Shown piece after piece: positions 1-10,636 of a stretch of DNA of 64,000 nt; the first letter of the stretch is position 1; the number at the start of each line of letters is the position of its first letter. This DNA is from an uncultured Chloroflexia bacterium (GTDB lineage: Bacteria; Chloroflexota; Anaerolineae; JAAYZQ01): NCBI GenBank assembly GCA_963700285.1, contig CAVOXA010000014.1:128001-192000 (forward strand). Direction: 5' to 3'. The notes under the pieces were generated by a model, which did no database searches, was not told the DNA's origin, and saw nothing but the letters and a program-made list of their open reading frames with translations. A program made the position numbers and the translations under genes.

Positions 1-33
1 ATCTATGATGGTCTGCAGGGCTACAACTATATC

Positions 34-1776
34 GTGGTGGTCATGCCCACCAGGAGCGAGTTGGGCCACATCACAGGCGCAATCGCCGGGCTCTACCGCC
101 TGGGTCGCAGCGCCGACAATGCACTGTACGCCAGCCTTGAGCAACTTCGGGTCGGCAGCAGCAAGACCGTCTACCTGGTGGACGGACGCGGCCGTGTCAT
201 CTATCACACCAACAGGTACCATATCGGCAGGAGCTTTGGAAAACGCACGGCCGTCGAAATGGTACTCGGTGACCTGACCGGCGCCTATCGAACCCGCAAC
301 TTGGAAGGCGAGGAGATCGTTGCCAGCTTTGCGCCCGTACCCAACACCCCCTGGGGTCTCATCATTGAGGAGAATTGGGATGCGCTGACCCGGTCCAGCC
401 GCAGCTACGGACAGATCCTGCTCTTGCTTCTGGGCTTGGGCGTGGTAGCCCCCGCAGCCCTGGTCACCGTGGGCGTCCGGCGCATCACGCAGCCCATCTC
501 CGACCTGATCCTGGCTGCCCAGGAGATCGCCGGCGGGCGCTACAAGCAGCGCATAGAGGCGTCCTCGGGCGATGAGCTGGAAGAACTGGCCGAGCAGTTC
601 AACCTCATGGCCGCCCACCTCCAGGAATCCTATGCCCACCTGGAGCGCAAGGTCGCCGATCGAACCAAAGGGTTGGCCGCACTCAACACAATTGCCGCCG
701 AGGTCAGCCAGTCGCTGGATCTGGAGCAGGTTTTGGACAAGGCTCTGGAGGAGGTCCTGCAGGTCCTGGGAATGGAGAGTGGGCGAGCGTTCCGGCTGGA
801 GGAGGAGACGTCCGAGCTGATCTCCGTGGCCCATCGCGGACTGTCCGACGAGTTTGTGCGCAGTACGGTGAGACTGCCCCTTGAGGCGAGCCTGGCGGGG
901 CTGGCATCCAGGCTGGGCCAGCCGGCTGTCCGCCGGGCAGCCGACTATCCGCCCGGGGAGATGAGGGATCTGGTGCGCCGGGAAAGGCTAGAGCTTTTGC
1001 TGAGCATCCCGCTCATGGTCCATGGCAAGTGTGTGGGCGCCATCAACGTTGGGACTAGGACACCGCGGTATATCGAAAAAGAAGAACTCTCGCTGCTGGC
1101 GGCCATTGGTCACCAGATTGGCGTGGCCGTGGAGAACGCGCGGCTGTACGAGCAGGCCCAGCAGTTGGCCGTCATGAAAGAACGCAACCGGCTGGCCCGC
1201 GACCTGCACGATTCTGTCACCCAGGCGCTGTACGGCATAACCCTCTACTCCGAGGCCGCGGTGCGCCAGCTACTTTCGGGCGAAGCCGGCCTCGCCGCCG
1301 GTCACCTGGTCGAGATCCAGGAGACGGCACAGGAATCCCTGCAGGAAATGCGGCTGCTCATCTTCGAGCTTAGACTGCCCTCGCTCCGCAACGAAGGCCT
1401 GGCGGCCGCTCTGGGAGCGCGCCTGGAAGCCGTGGAAGCCCGCGCTGGAATAAAAGTCGCCTTCGAGTCACAGCTCCATGGCGGATTGTCGCCGGAGATT
1501 GAAGAGGGCCTGTACCGCATTGCCCAGGAAGCGCTCAACAACACCCTCAGGCACGCCCGGGCGCAGAGACTCTGCGTGCGGCTCCATCAGAACGGTCGGA
1601 CCATTGCCCTCGAGGTGAAGGACGACGGTGTGGGCTTTGACCCGGCCCAAGCCTGGCAGCGCGGTGGCTTTGGCCTGCGGGGCATGGAAGAACGGGCGGC
1701 GAGGCTGGGTGGGGAGCTGACCGTGGAGAGTATGCCAGGCCATGGTACAACGATTGCTGTGGAGGTAGAACTGTGA
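34..1776 (+). CDS. Sensor histidine kinase (extracellular sensor-TM-HAMP-GAF-HisKA_3-HATPase), 5' end probably outside window
   Basis: ERNRLARDLHDSVTQ H-box, QEALNN N-box, DDGVGF and GGFGLRGM G-boxes; HAMP (DELEELAEQFNLM); overlaps the response regulator. Confidence 0.93.
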   Translation: MVVMPTRSELGHITGAIAGLYRLGRSADNALYASLEQLRVGSSKTVYLVDGRGRVIYHTNRYHIGRSFGKRTAVEMVLGDLTGAYRTRNLEGEEIVASFAPVPNTPWGLIIEENWDALTRSSRSYGQILLLLLGLGVVAPAALVTVGVRRITQPISDLILAAQEIAGGRYKQRIEASSGDELEELAEQFNLMAAHLQESYAHLERKVADRTKGLAALNTIAAEVSQSLDLEQVLDKALEEVLQVLGMESGRAFRLEEETSELISVAHRGLSDEFVRSTVRLPLEASLAGLASRLGQPAVRRAADYPPGEMRDLVRRERLELLLSIPLMVHGKCVGAINVGTRTPRYIEKEELSLLAAIGHQIGVAVENARLYEQAQQLAVMKERNRLARDLHDSVTQALYGITLYSEAAVRQLLSGEAGLAAGHLVEIQETAQESLQEMRLLIFELRLPSLRNEGLAAALGARLEAVEARAGIKVAFESQLHGGLSPEIEEGLYRIAQEALNNTLRHARAQRLCVRLHQNGRTIALEVKDDGVGFDPAQAWQRGGFGLRGMEERAARLGGELTVESMPGHGTTIAVEVEL

Positions 1777-2492
1777 GCGAACCAGAGATGAGCGCCCCCA
1801 TCACGACAGACCCAGCAGATGGCGGTACCATACGCGTTTTGATCACCGATGATCACGCCATCGTACGCAAGGGAATCCGCGCCCTGCTGGCCACGGAGCC
1901 CGGTATCGAGGTCGTGGGCGAGGCGGAAGACGGGCACGAAGCCATCACCCAGGTAATTACTACCCAGCCAGATGTCATCCTCATGGACATTGTGATGCCG
2001 GGCATGGACGGCCTGGAGGCCACGCGCCATATTCTGGAGCAGCAGCCCGGCGCGCGCATCCTGGTACTGACCAGCTTTGCCAGCGATGACAAGATTTTTC
2101 CCGCCATTCGGGCCGGGGCCCTGGGCTATCTTCTCAAAGACTCGGGGCCGGGGGAGCTGACGCTGGCCATCCGGCAGGTCTACCGCGGCGAGTCCTCACT
2201 CCATCCCTCCGTCGCTCGCAAGGTTCTGCATCAGCTCGCCTACCCACCAGATACCGCGGCCGGAACAGGAGCCCTTACCGAACGGGAGAAGGAGGTGCTC
2301 CAGCTCTTGGCGCAGGGTCACAGCAACCGCGAGATCGCTGAGGAGCTTTGCATCAGCGAGGCCACGGTACGCACTCACGTGAGCCGCATCCTGAGCAAGC
2401 TGAACCTCTGCAGCCGCACACAGGCCGCCCTCTATGCTCTGCGCGAGGGCCTGGCCACTCTGCACGATGCGGATGCCTCGCCTTCGTCCTAG
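1773..2492 (+). CDS. NarL/LuxR-family response regulator
   Basis: ITDDHAIVR, PDVILMDIVMP receiver; LTEREKEVLQLLAQGHSNREIA LuxR HTH. Confidence 0.95.
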   Translation: MSEPEMSAPITTDPADGGTIRVLITDDHAIVRKGIRALLATEPGIEVVGEAEDGHEAITQVITTQPDVILMDIVMPGMDGLEATRHILEQQPGARILVLTSFASDDKIFPAIRAGALGYLLKDSGPGELTLAIRQVYRGESSLHPSVARKVLHQLAYPPDTAAGTGALTEREKEVLQLLAQGHSNREIAEELCISEATVRTHVSRILSKLNLCSRTQAALYALREGLATLHDADASPSS

Positions 2493-2783
2493 TTCATCTG
2501 AGCCCGACAAAAAGGGGAGCCAGTGAGAACCAGCTTTCTTCTCGGTCACCGTACATCAATTGGTGTACGCTACGTGCAACTTTTGGTGGGCAACACAACC
2601 ACCCGGGGTGACTCTTTTTCCGTAGCCCATATCAGCCCTTTCTCCGATGACAATCTGGCAGCCCTTTGGTATACTGTGATCAGGCTTGTCGCTCCGTCCA
2701 AAAGAGCGTTCGGGGCATGCTTTCCCACGCGCGCCGGCTGAACGCTCAGCACTTATGGGTTCCTTAACGGCTCCGCGCGCAAG

Positions 2784-2813
2784 TTGACAAGTTCAAAGAA
2801 ACTGTGTTATAAT
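2784..2813 (+). promoter_or_regulatory. Sigma70-type promoter of Opp locus 1
   Basis: TTGACA (2784-2789), 18-bp spacer, extended -10 TGtTATAAT (2805-2813). Confidence 0.75.
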
Positions 2814-2999
2814 TCAGCGTCTCGTTGTACGCTCAATAAAAAGCCAACCATTCAGAGAGGAGGTGAACAGGCGGTCCCTGGACCCAAGCCCCATCCCGGG
2901 AAGGCGGTGATGCTGTCTATCCGACCGTCCCTACGGGCTACCGCACCCGTCTATCGTTATCTGTCCACCAAGCACATCAAACTGAAGGAGGAGCTTAAA

Positions 3000-4905
3000 A
3001 TGCCGAGTCGAAACAAAAAAGTGGGCGCCAGCCTGATCGCCCTACTGATCATCGCCACATTGATCCTTGCAGCCTGTGGCCCCGCGCCGGCGCCCGAGAC
3101 CGTGATCCAGACCGTGGTGGTGGAGAAAGAAGTCGAGAAAATCGTCACCCAGGAAGTCGAAAAGATCGTCGAGAAAGTCGTCACCGAGGTGATCGAGAAA
3201 GAGGTGACCATCGTCGAGACCGTCGAGGTCGAGGCTGAGGCCCCTGCGGGCGCGCGTGGCAGTTGCGGTACCGTCACGCTGCTTTACTGGCAGGCCGTCT
3301 CCATGGTCAACGCCTATCTCTCCGGCGGAACCAAGGACATCCACGCCGGTTCGGTCGTCCTGGAATCGCTGGCCCGCTACAACGAGTCCGGCCAATTGGT
3401 GCCCTGGCTGGCCGCAGAGATCCCCACCCTGGACAACGGCGGCGTCTCCGAAGACCTGATGAGCATCACCTGGAAGCTCAAGCCAGGTATCCTCTGGTCC
3501 GACGGCACGCCATTCACCGCGGCGGACGCTGTCTTCTCTGCCGAGTACTGCCTGGACCCGGAGATGGGCTGCAACGCGCTCTCCAACTTTGCCGACGTCG
3601 AGAAGCGTTGAGGCCATGACGATCTGACCTTCAAGATCAACTTCTCCGTGCCCAAGCCGTTCCCCTACGGCCCCTGGTCTCGAGCACGTCACCCATCATC
3701 CAGAAGGCCCAGTTCGAGGACTGCATGGGTGCCAAGGCCCAGGAGTGCACCGAGCAGAACTTTTACCCCATCGGCACCGGCCCCTTCAAGGTCAAAGACT
3801 TCCGGGCCAACGACGTCGTCGTCTACGAGGTCAACGAGAACTATCCGCGACCCCAACAAGCCCTGCTTCAGTGAAGTCGTGATCAAGGGTGGCGGCGATG
3901 CCCCCTCGGCCGCTCGCGCCGTGCTGGAGACCGGCGAAGCCGACTATGCCTGGAACCTGCAGGTCGAGCCGGAGATCCTGTCGGCCATGGAAGCCGCGGG
4001 CAAGGGCAAGGTCATCGCCTCGTACGGCACCGGCGTCGAGCGCATCATGGTCAACTTTACCAATCCCGACCCGCGACTTGGGCGACAAGCGCTCCAGGTG
4101 GACCGAGGACGACCAGTTCCCGCACCCCTTCCTGACCGACCCCGCCGTGCGCAAGGCGCTGTCGATGGCCATCGACCGCAACACGCATCGCCAGCCAGCT
4201 CTACGGCTTTGCCGGCAGAGCCGACCTGCAACGTGCTGTCTGGGCCGACCATCTATGCCTCCACGGCCAACGACGCCTGCCTGACCCAGGACATCGACGG
4301 GCGCCAACGCGCTGCTGGACGAGGCCGGCTGGGTGCCGTGGCGCCGACGGCATCCGCGAGAAGGATGGCGTCCGCCTGAGCATGCTGTACCAGACCTCCA
4401 CCAACTCGGTGCGCCAGAGCACCCAGGCCCTGGTCAAGCAGTGGTGGGAGCAGATCGGCGTGGAGACCGAGCTGCGCAACATCGACTCGGCCGTCTTCTT
4501 TGGCGGCGACCCGGCCAGCCCGGACACCTACGGCAAGTTCTACGCCGACGTCGAGATGTACACCAACTCCTTTGACGGCACCGACCCCGAGCGCTATATG
4601 GCCAACTGGCTGAAAGCAGAGATCTCGGACGAGTCCAACCAGTGGCTGGGCAACAACATCCCGCGCTGGTGCGAATCCGGACTACGAGGCGCTGGTGGCC
4701 GAGTTCGCCATGACGGCCGACTTTGACAAGCGCATCGAGATCGCCAAGGCCCAGAACGACCTGCTGATGCCAGAACTATGTCATGATCCCGCTGGTGCAC
4801 CGCGGCGACGTGTCGGCCCACGCCAACAGCCTGCTGGGCGTGCGCATGAACTCCTGGGATTCCGAGCTGTGGAACATCGCTGACTGGACGCGGGCGAGCC
4901 AGTAG
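3000..4905 (+). CDS. Peptide/nickel ABC transporter substrate-binding lipoprotein (family 5), split by several frameshifts
   Basis: AAGGAGG RBS; lipobox LAACG; Val/Glu-rich linker; ITWKLKPGILWSDGTPFTAADAVFS motif; continues through ORFs 3648-4379 and 4382-4726 to TAG at 4905. Confidence 0.85.
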
Positions 4906-4951
4906 GCGCCTGTGACTGCAAGGGAAGCAGTTACCCCTAGCTAACCGATAG

Positions 4952-4992
4952 AAAGTGGTCTACGGCGCCCGCCAGGGCCCGTAGACCACTTT
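4952..4992 (+). terminator. Intercistronic stem-loop after SBP gene
   Basis: AAAGTGGTCTACGG...CCGTAGACCACTTT 14-bp inverted repeat. Confidence 0.65.
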
Positions 4993-5013
4993 GTTCTTCA
5001 GAATCGAGGCAGC

Positions 5014-6031
5014 ATGGGAAGATACATCGTTCGCCGCATACTGACCGCCATCCCCACCCTGTTGGTCATCAGTTTTGTCATCTTTGCCATCCTGGACCTG
5101 GCGCCCAACGATCCCACCGGCAACCTGCCCCTGACCATCCCGCCGGAGGTCCGGGCCCAGATCCGGCGAGTCGTTGGGTCTGGGCCAGCCCATGCACATC
5201 CGCTACGTGAAATGGCTGCGCCAGTTCTTTGTCAACGAGCCGCTGAACATCATCGAGCAGCTCACCGGCGTCGAGATCGGCGACTCGGCGAACCGCCTGC
5301 GCGTCAGATCGTGGGCCACCCGCAGCCCGGTCATCGATCTGATCATCGAACGCCTGCCGCAGACCCTGTGGGTCATAGGCTTGTCCTATCTCTTCTCGAT
5401 GCTAATCGCCATCCCCATTGGCGTCATTTCGGCCTACAAGCAGTACTCTGTCTTTGACCAGGCCGGGACCTTTGTGGCCATGATCGGCTTTTCGGTGCCC
5501 ACCTTTTTCACCGGCCTGCTGTGCATCATCATCTTTAGCGTCGACCTGGGCTGGTTCCCTTCGATCTATGACACCACCCTCAAAGTCACCGATTTTGACA
5601 GCTTTATCCAGCAGATCAAGCAGTTGATCATGCCCGTGACCGTGCTGGCCTTTTTCCAGGCGGCCCAGTTGAGCCGCTACACACGCTCCTCGATGCTGGA
5701 CAACCTCGAGTCGCGACTATGTGCGCACCGCCCGTTCCAAGGGGCTGGGTGAGCGGGTCGTGCTGATGCGCCACGTCCTGCGCAACAGCCTGATCCCGGT
5801 GGTGACCCTGATCGCCCTGGGCATTCCCGGCCATCTTTGGCGGAGCCATCATCACCGAGCAGATTTTTCGCGTCAACGGCCTGGGCTCACTTCTCATCAT
5901 CGCCATCCAGGGGGCCGACATCCCTCTTGTACAGACGCTGACCTTTATTTTTGCCGTCCTTATCGTGCTCGTTCAACATCGTGGCCGACGTGCTCTACGG
6001 CGTCCTGGATCCGCGGATCCGTTACGACTAA
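5014..6031 (+). CDS. Peptide ABC permease, OppB/DppB-like (frameshifted)
   Basis: [10 protein letters not shown] start; [21 protein letters not shown] loop; DPRIRYD C-terminus. Confidence 0.88.
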
Positions 6032-6039
6032 AAAGAGTC

Positions 6040-6134
6040 AGTCCTCGGAGGTCTCTGTCTGGCGTGCTCTTGCCTCAAGTTGAGGCTCCCGCCACGGCAC
6101 AGCGACCGGCGTGAGAGCAGGACCTCCGAGGTCT
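6040..6134. repeat. REP-like palindrome doublet (AGACCTCCGAGGTCT family)
   Basis: gtcctcggaggtct at 6041 and gacctccgaggtct at 6121; same family at 14545, 51096, 58976. Confidence 0.7.
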
Positions 6135-6157
6135 TGTTGAGAATACGAGGTAGTACC

Positions 6158-7084
6158 ATGACTGCCGAGACTGTCAAAGCCAAGACCGTAACCGATTTTG
6201 CACTGCGCAAGCACCGCTCGCTCTGGGGTGACGTCTGGACACAGTTCCGCAAACACAGACTGGCCATGATCGGTCTGGCTACCTTCATCCTTCTGATCCT
6301 GTTCTCATTCATCGGCCCGCTGATTTACCAAGGGGATCCAGACTATATCGATTTCAACGTGGCCCACCAGGGGCCGAGTCGCGAGCATCCCATGGGTACC
6401 GACCACCTGGGGCGCGACATGATGGCCCGGACCATGTACGGCGGCCGGATCTCTATCGCGGTGGGCATCGTGGCCATGCTCATCGCCATCGTCGTGGGCG
6501 CCGCTCTCGGCGGCCTGGCTGGCTTCTTTAACAGACTGGACGGCCCGCTCATGCGCGTCACCGACATGTTCCTGGCGCTGCCCCTGCTGCCCCTGCTATT
6601 GGTGATCATCCTTCTGTTTCGCGACACTTTGAGAGCGGCCTTTGGGCCAGAGATGGGCATATTCATCCTCATCGTGTTTGTCATCGGCATCCTCAACTGG
6701 ATGGCCACGGCCCGCGTCGTCCGCGGCCAAACGCTGTCGGTCAAGGAAGAGGAATTTGTTACGGCGGCCAATGCCGTCGGCACCCGGCAAACCCGCATCC
6801 TGAGTCGCCACGTCTTCCCCAATGTGCTGAGCCCCATCATGGTCGCCGCCACGCTGGGTGTGGCCAACGCCATCCTCACCGAATCCGCCCTCTCCTTTCT
6901 TGGCCTGGGCTTCCCCTCCGACTTTCCGACCTGGGGCCGGCTGCTGTACGACGGCAAGGACTTTTTGGTGTTGAACCCCTGGATGGTCATCTGGCCCGGC
7001 ATCTTTATCTCACTCACCGTTCTGAGCATCAATTTCCTGGGCGACGGTCTGCGCGATGCCCTGGACCCGAGGCTGAGGGACTAG
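6158..7084 (+). CDS. Peptide ABC permease, OppC/DppC-like
   Basis: HPMGTDHLGRD, ESALSFLGLG, GDGLRDALDPR motifs. Confidence 0.95.
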   Translation: MTAETVKAKTVTDFALRKHRSLWGDVWTQFRKHRLAMIGLATFILLILFSFIGPLIYQGDPDYIDFNVAHQGPSREHPMGTDHLGRDMMARTMYGGRISIAVGIVAMLIAIVVGAALGGLAGFFNRLDGPLMRVTDMFLALPLLPLLLVIILLFRDTLRAAFGPEMGIFILIVFVIGILNWMATARVVRGQTLSVKEEEFVTAANAVGTRQTRILSRHVFPNVLSPIMVAATLGVANAILTESALSFLGLGFPSDFPTWGRLLYDGKDFLVLNPWMVIWPGIFISLTVLSINFLGDGLRDALDPRLRD

Positions 7085-7110
7085 GAAGAGCCTGCTCGCT
7101 GACATTGAAT

Positions 7111-7150
7111 AAGCCCTTCGGGCCTCAGAGCTCCGAAGGGTTTCTGTTTT
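7111..7150 (+). terminator. Rho-independent terminator
   Basis: AAGCCCTTCGG...CCGAAGGGTTT followed by CTGTTTT. Confidence 0.7.
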
Positions 7151-7295
7151 CGCACCCGGCCAGGACTGGCAGTCCTTCTCTCTCGCTCCCGTCGGGTCCG
7201 TGACCCGGCGGTCTCGCGAAGCCGGCATGGTTCGTCTCCTGGCCTTGGGCAGTTCACCGCCAGGATCCCCTGCCAAATCACAGATAAACCCGCAC

Positions 7296-7324
7296 TTGCG
7301 AAAAAAACAGGGCTCAGGTATACT
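7296..7324 (+). promoter_or_regulatory. Putative promoter of cytochrome operon
   Basis: TTGCGA-17-TATACT. Confidence 0.5.
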
Positions 7325-7381
7325 CTGCAAGTCGTAGAATCAACCGAGTCCGGCATAAGCTGAGAGGACACGCGGGCAAAG

Positions 7382-8170
7382 ATGGCCAAGTGGTTCACAA
7401 ACCTCCAACGCAGACGGATCTGCATCCTTATCGCACTGCTGCTGGGCGCTGTGTTTGTGGCGGCGCTTCCAGGATTCAGGCTTGCGCCTCACGACCTGGG
7501 TTCACCCCGCTCCCTGGCCGCGGATGCCGAGCCCACACCCAGTCCTAACATGGGCATGGGCATGGGCATGATGTCCCCCCACGAACGCCTTTCCCGCCCG
7601 CTGATATCCAAGCCCCCGACCCAGATCGAGCTGGGGCACGCCGAGTACTGGATGTCCTGCATGGTCTGCCACGGCGACCGGGGCCAGGGTCTGACGCCAG
7701 AGTGGCGCAGCGTACTGGACCCGGCCGATCAGAACTGCTGGCAATCCCGGTGCCACGCCGCCAACCACCCGCCTGAAGGGTTCCAGATCCCGCGTGAGTC
7801 GCCGCTGGTCATGGGCACCGGGGCGCTAGCCGGCTACCGGACCGCCACGGAATTATACGAGTACCTTCGTGTGGAGATGCCCTGGTCCTTCCCCGGCCTC
7901 TTTAGTGATGAAAAATACTGGGAGCTTGCCGCCTATCTGGCCGAAACCAACAAGATCGATATCCCTCACAAACCCCTGGGTCCGGATAACGGAAAAGATG
8001 TACTCCTGGTATCGGGCCTCGTCCAGGCCGACCACCAGGGGGTAGGAACAGAGAGGGTTCTAGCTGGCGTCGTGCTCGTGCTGCTGCTGAGCACCCTGAT
8101 TCTGCAGAGATGGACCCGGCGCCCTGAGGTGAAGCAACAACATAGCAGTGAGGTGGATGGCGATAGCTGA
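7382..8170 (+). CDS. Membrane-anchored c-type cytochrome
   Basis: N- and C-terminal hydrophobic segments; CMVCH plus CWQSRCH. Confidence 0.8.
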   Translation: MAKWFTNLQRRRICILIALLLGAVFVAALPGFRLAPHDLGSPRSLAADAEPTPSPNMGMGMGMMSPHERLSRPLISKPPTQIELGHAEYWMSCMVCHGDRGQGLTPEWRSVLDPADQNCWQSRCHAANHPPEGFQIPRESPLVMGTGALAGYRTATELYEYLRVEMPWSFPGLFSDEKYWELAAYLAETNKIDIPHKPLGPDNGKDVLLVSGLVQADHQGVGTERVLAGVVLVLLLSTLILQRWTRRPEVKQQHSSEVDGDS

Positions 8171-8918
8171 GCACGGTCGAGGAACAGGAACCGGGCAGGT
8201 GACGGGGCAAAGAATACGTACCACCTGCAGGCTCGGCGCCTTTGTCATCCTGCCGCTGGTCCTCTGGCTGCCGGTGAGCGTCTCCTTGCCCGGCTTGTTG
8301 GCGCCAACTCCGCTCCACGCCGCTCCCCCGCAGCCTCCCACGTCGAACTCAGACACGATGCCGGGCATGGGTCGCTCGACTGAGCAGAGCGGCGACCGCC
8401 TGGCCAAGCCGGTCCTGCCCGAATCGCCGACCCAGGTCGACGTGGGCCACAGTCTCTACTACTTCCACTGCATGCCCTGCCACGGCGACAGGGGCCAAGG
8501 TCTGACCGATGAATTCCGCGAGGTATGGGTTGAGGACCATCAGAACTGCTGGGGCCGTGGCTGCCACACAGGCAAGTCAGAACAAGCCGCCTTTTACATA
8601 CCAAAATCGGTTCCGCCGGTGAGCGGCGTACCGCAGGCCCTTGGGGCTTTTCAATCGCCGGAGGAGCTGTTCGCTTTTGTGCAGGGTACCCAGCCTCCCC
8701 AGCGCCCCGGGGCACTCTCTGAGAGCGAGTACTGGGCGCTGACCGCATTCCTGCTGCACGAGAATGGTCGCCTGCCCACTGGTGGCCGGGTTGGCCCAGA
8801 GGTCCGTGGCGACGCAATCGTCGCCGCTACGTTTGGGCTGGTCCTGATCCTCGTGACCATGGCCTGGACAGGCAGGCGAAGACAGGGCATGGTCGCTCAC
8901 CAGCCGGCCGCCAGATAA
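8148..8918 (+). CDS. Membrane-anchored c-type cytochrome, paralog of upstream gene
   Basis: CMPCHGDRGQGLT and CWGRGCH; HGDRGQGLT shared with 7382-8170; start uncertain. Confidence 0.8.
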   Translation: MRWMAIAEHGRGTGTGQVTGQRIRTTCRLGAFVILPLVLWLPVSVSLPGLLAPTPLHAAPPQPPTSNSDTMPGMGRSTEQSGDRLAKPVLPESPTQVDVGHSLYYFHCMPCHGDRGQGLTDEFREVWVEDHQNCWGRGCHTGKSEQAAFYIPKSVPPVSGVPQALGAFQSPEELFAFVQGTQPPQRPGALSESEYWALTAFLLHENGRLPTGGRVGPEVRGDAIVAATFGLVLILVTMAWTGRRRQGMVAHQPAAR

Positions 8919-8946
8919 CGTAGCCAGACAAGGATAGACCTGAAGA

Positions 8947-9453
8947 ATGGACCGTCAAGTTCAGACACCGCAGAACCACACCGACACCGGCCTTGACACA
9001 GACCAGGTAGACCGCCGCAGATTCCTGACCTGGCTAACCCGGGGCTCGCTGGCCGCGGCGGGCGCCCTCGCCATCGGCCAGGTCGTCCGCTTTCTCTCCT
9101 TTGAACCGCCCAATCCTATCTCGAGCATCGTTGCCCTTGGCCTTCCGGGCGACTATCCGCGGGGCACGCTGGTCTATGTTCCTGAAGCACAGGCCTACGT
9201 CGGCCACGATGCGCCGGGCTTTTACGTCGTCGACGCCGTCTGCACCCACCTGGGCTGTCTCGTGGAGCAAGGAGAGGCGGGCGAGTTCGTCTGCCCCTGC
9301 CACGACAGTCGCTTTGACGCCCAGGGAAAGGCCGAAAACGGGCCGGCCACCAAACCTTTGCGCTTCCTTTACATCTGGCTGGACCAGGACGAGGGCCAGT
9401 TGATGGTTGACCGGGCCAATCCGGTGGATCCCGCGGCGCGTCTGGCCATCTGA
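8947..9453 (+). CDS. Rieske 2Fe-2S subunit (Tat substrate)
   Basis: DRRRFL twin-arginine motif; CTHLGC and CPCHDS boxes. Confidence 0.93.
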   Translation: MDRQVQTPQNHTDTGLDTDQVDRRRFLTWLTRGSLAAAGALAIGQVVRFLSFEPPNPISSIVALGLPGDYPRGTLVYVPEAQAYVGHDAPGFYVVDAVCTHLGCLVEQGEAGEFVCPCHDSRFDAQGKAENGPATKPLRFLYIWLDQDEGQLMVDRANPVDPAARLAI

Positions 9454-9480
9454 GATCCCACACGAATCAGGAAGACATCC

Positions 9481-10497
9481 ATGTCCCAGCGCCGTCCCAA
9501 TTTCTACTACCACTTGCATCCCCCGACGATCCCCGCCCGGGAGGCTCGCGCTGTTTACACCTTCGGGTTGGGCGGCATCTCGCTGCTGCTGTTTCTCGTA
9601 CTGGGCATCACCGGCGTGATCGAGATGTTCATCTATGTGCCTGCTCCCGAACTGGCCCACGAATCGATCCGGCAGATCACCTATCGGGCACCCTACGGCT
9701 GGCTGCTGCGCAACCTGCATTTCTGGGCCGGCCAACTGATGGTGGGTACCGTCGTCCTGCACATGGCTCGCGTCGTACTCAGTGGGGGCTACAAGGCAGG
9801 GCGCAGGGCCAACTGGCTCATCGGCGTGGCGCTGTTGTTCCTGACGCTGGTCCTCAACTTTACCGGCTTTGTCCTGCGCTGGGATCAGGACACCTCCTGG
9901 GCGCTCATGGTCGGTACCAACCTAGTGGCGGCCATCCCCGGCCTCGGCCCGGCACTGTACCGCTTTGTAGTTGGCGGAACCACCATCGGCGCCGCGGCCC
10001 TGATCCGCTTCTACACCTGGCACATCCTGGGTCTGGCCCTGCCGGCCCTGCTGCTCACGACGTGGCACCTCTTCCGGGTCCGTCGCGACGGAGGCATCTC
10101 CAGCCGGCAGCGAGCGCCCCGCGTGGGCCGGGAGCGGTTGGTCCGTACCGAGATAACCGCGGCCCTGCTGACCCTGGCCGCCCTGGTCGGGCTCAGCCTG
10201 CTGCTGGACGCGCCCCTGGCTCCCCCCGCCGATCCCACCGCCCTGGTCGCCGAGCCGAAGGCGCCCTGGTTCTTTCTGTGGATCCAGGAACTGCTGCGCA
10301 TCGCCTCGCCCTTCCTGGCCGGCGTGCTGGTGCCGTTGGTTGTTCTGCTGGTGCTGGGTATCTTGCCCTACAGCCTGGACCGCAGCGACCGGGGCATCGC
10401 CCAGTGGTTCAATCGCCCAGGGCGCGCGGCCCAGATCGTCTTTCTGTTCATCCTCGTCGGAGCCGTGCTATTGACCCTGCGCGGTGTACTGCGCTAG
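9481..10497 (+). CDS. Cytochrome b of a Rieske/cytb complex (b6-like plus subunit IV-like, fused)
   Basis: GWLLRNLHFW, VLHMARV, RFYTWH, TWHL heme histidines; KAPWFF at the PEWY position. Confidence 0.9.
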   Translation: MSQRRPNFYYHLHPPTIPAREARAVYTFGLGGISLLLFLVLGITGVIEMFIYVPAPELAHESIRQITYRAPYGWLLRNLHFWAGQLMVGTVVLHMARVVLSGGYKAGRRANWLIGVALLFLTLVLNFTGFVLRWDQDTSWALMVGTNLVAAIPGLGPALYRFVVGGTTIGAAALIRFYTWHILGLALPALLLTTWHLFRVRRDGGISSRQRAPRVGRERLVRTEITAALLTLAALVGLSLLLDAPLAPPADPTALVAEPKAPWFFLWIQELLRIASPFLAGVLVPLVVLLVLGILPYSLDRSDRGIAQWFNRPGRAAQIVFLFILVGAVLLTLRGVLR

Positions 10498-10572
10498 CCT
10501 CTTGAGCTTGCCCATTCGCAGTGCATGTGTGAGCACTGGCTGCTCGATCTGGCTACAGGTCGGGCCTCGCTG

Positions 10573-10619
10573 GTAGTGCGCGCTTCAGCGCGCTTTTTTT
10601 GCGCTGGAGCGCCTACTAC
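10573..10619. repeat. GTAG-type REP doublet / bidirectional terminator between convergent genes
   Basis: GTAGT-GCGCGCTTCAGCGCGC-TTTTTTT-GCGCTGGAGCGCCTACTAC. Confidence 0.6.
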
Positions 10620-10636
10620 AAGACTCCGCCAGGACA

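Noticed and set aside
3100-3240. GTCGAGAA-type short repeats
   Set aside because: They encode the ordinary Val/Glu/Lys-rich linker of the lipoprotein SBP.
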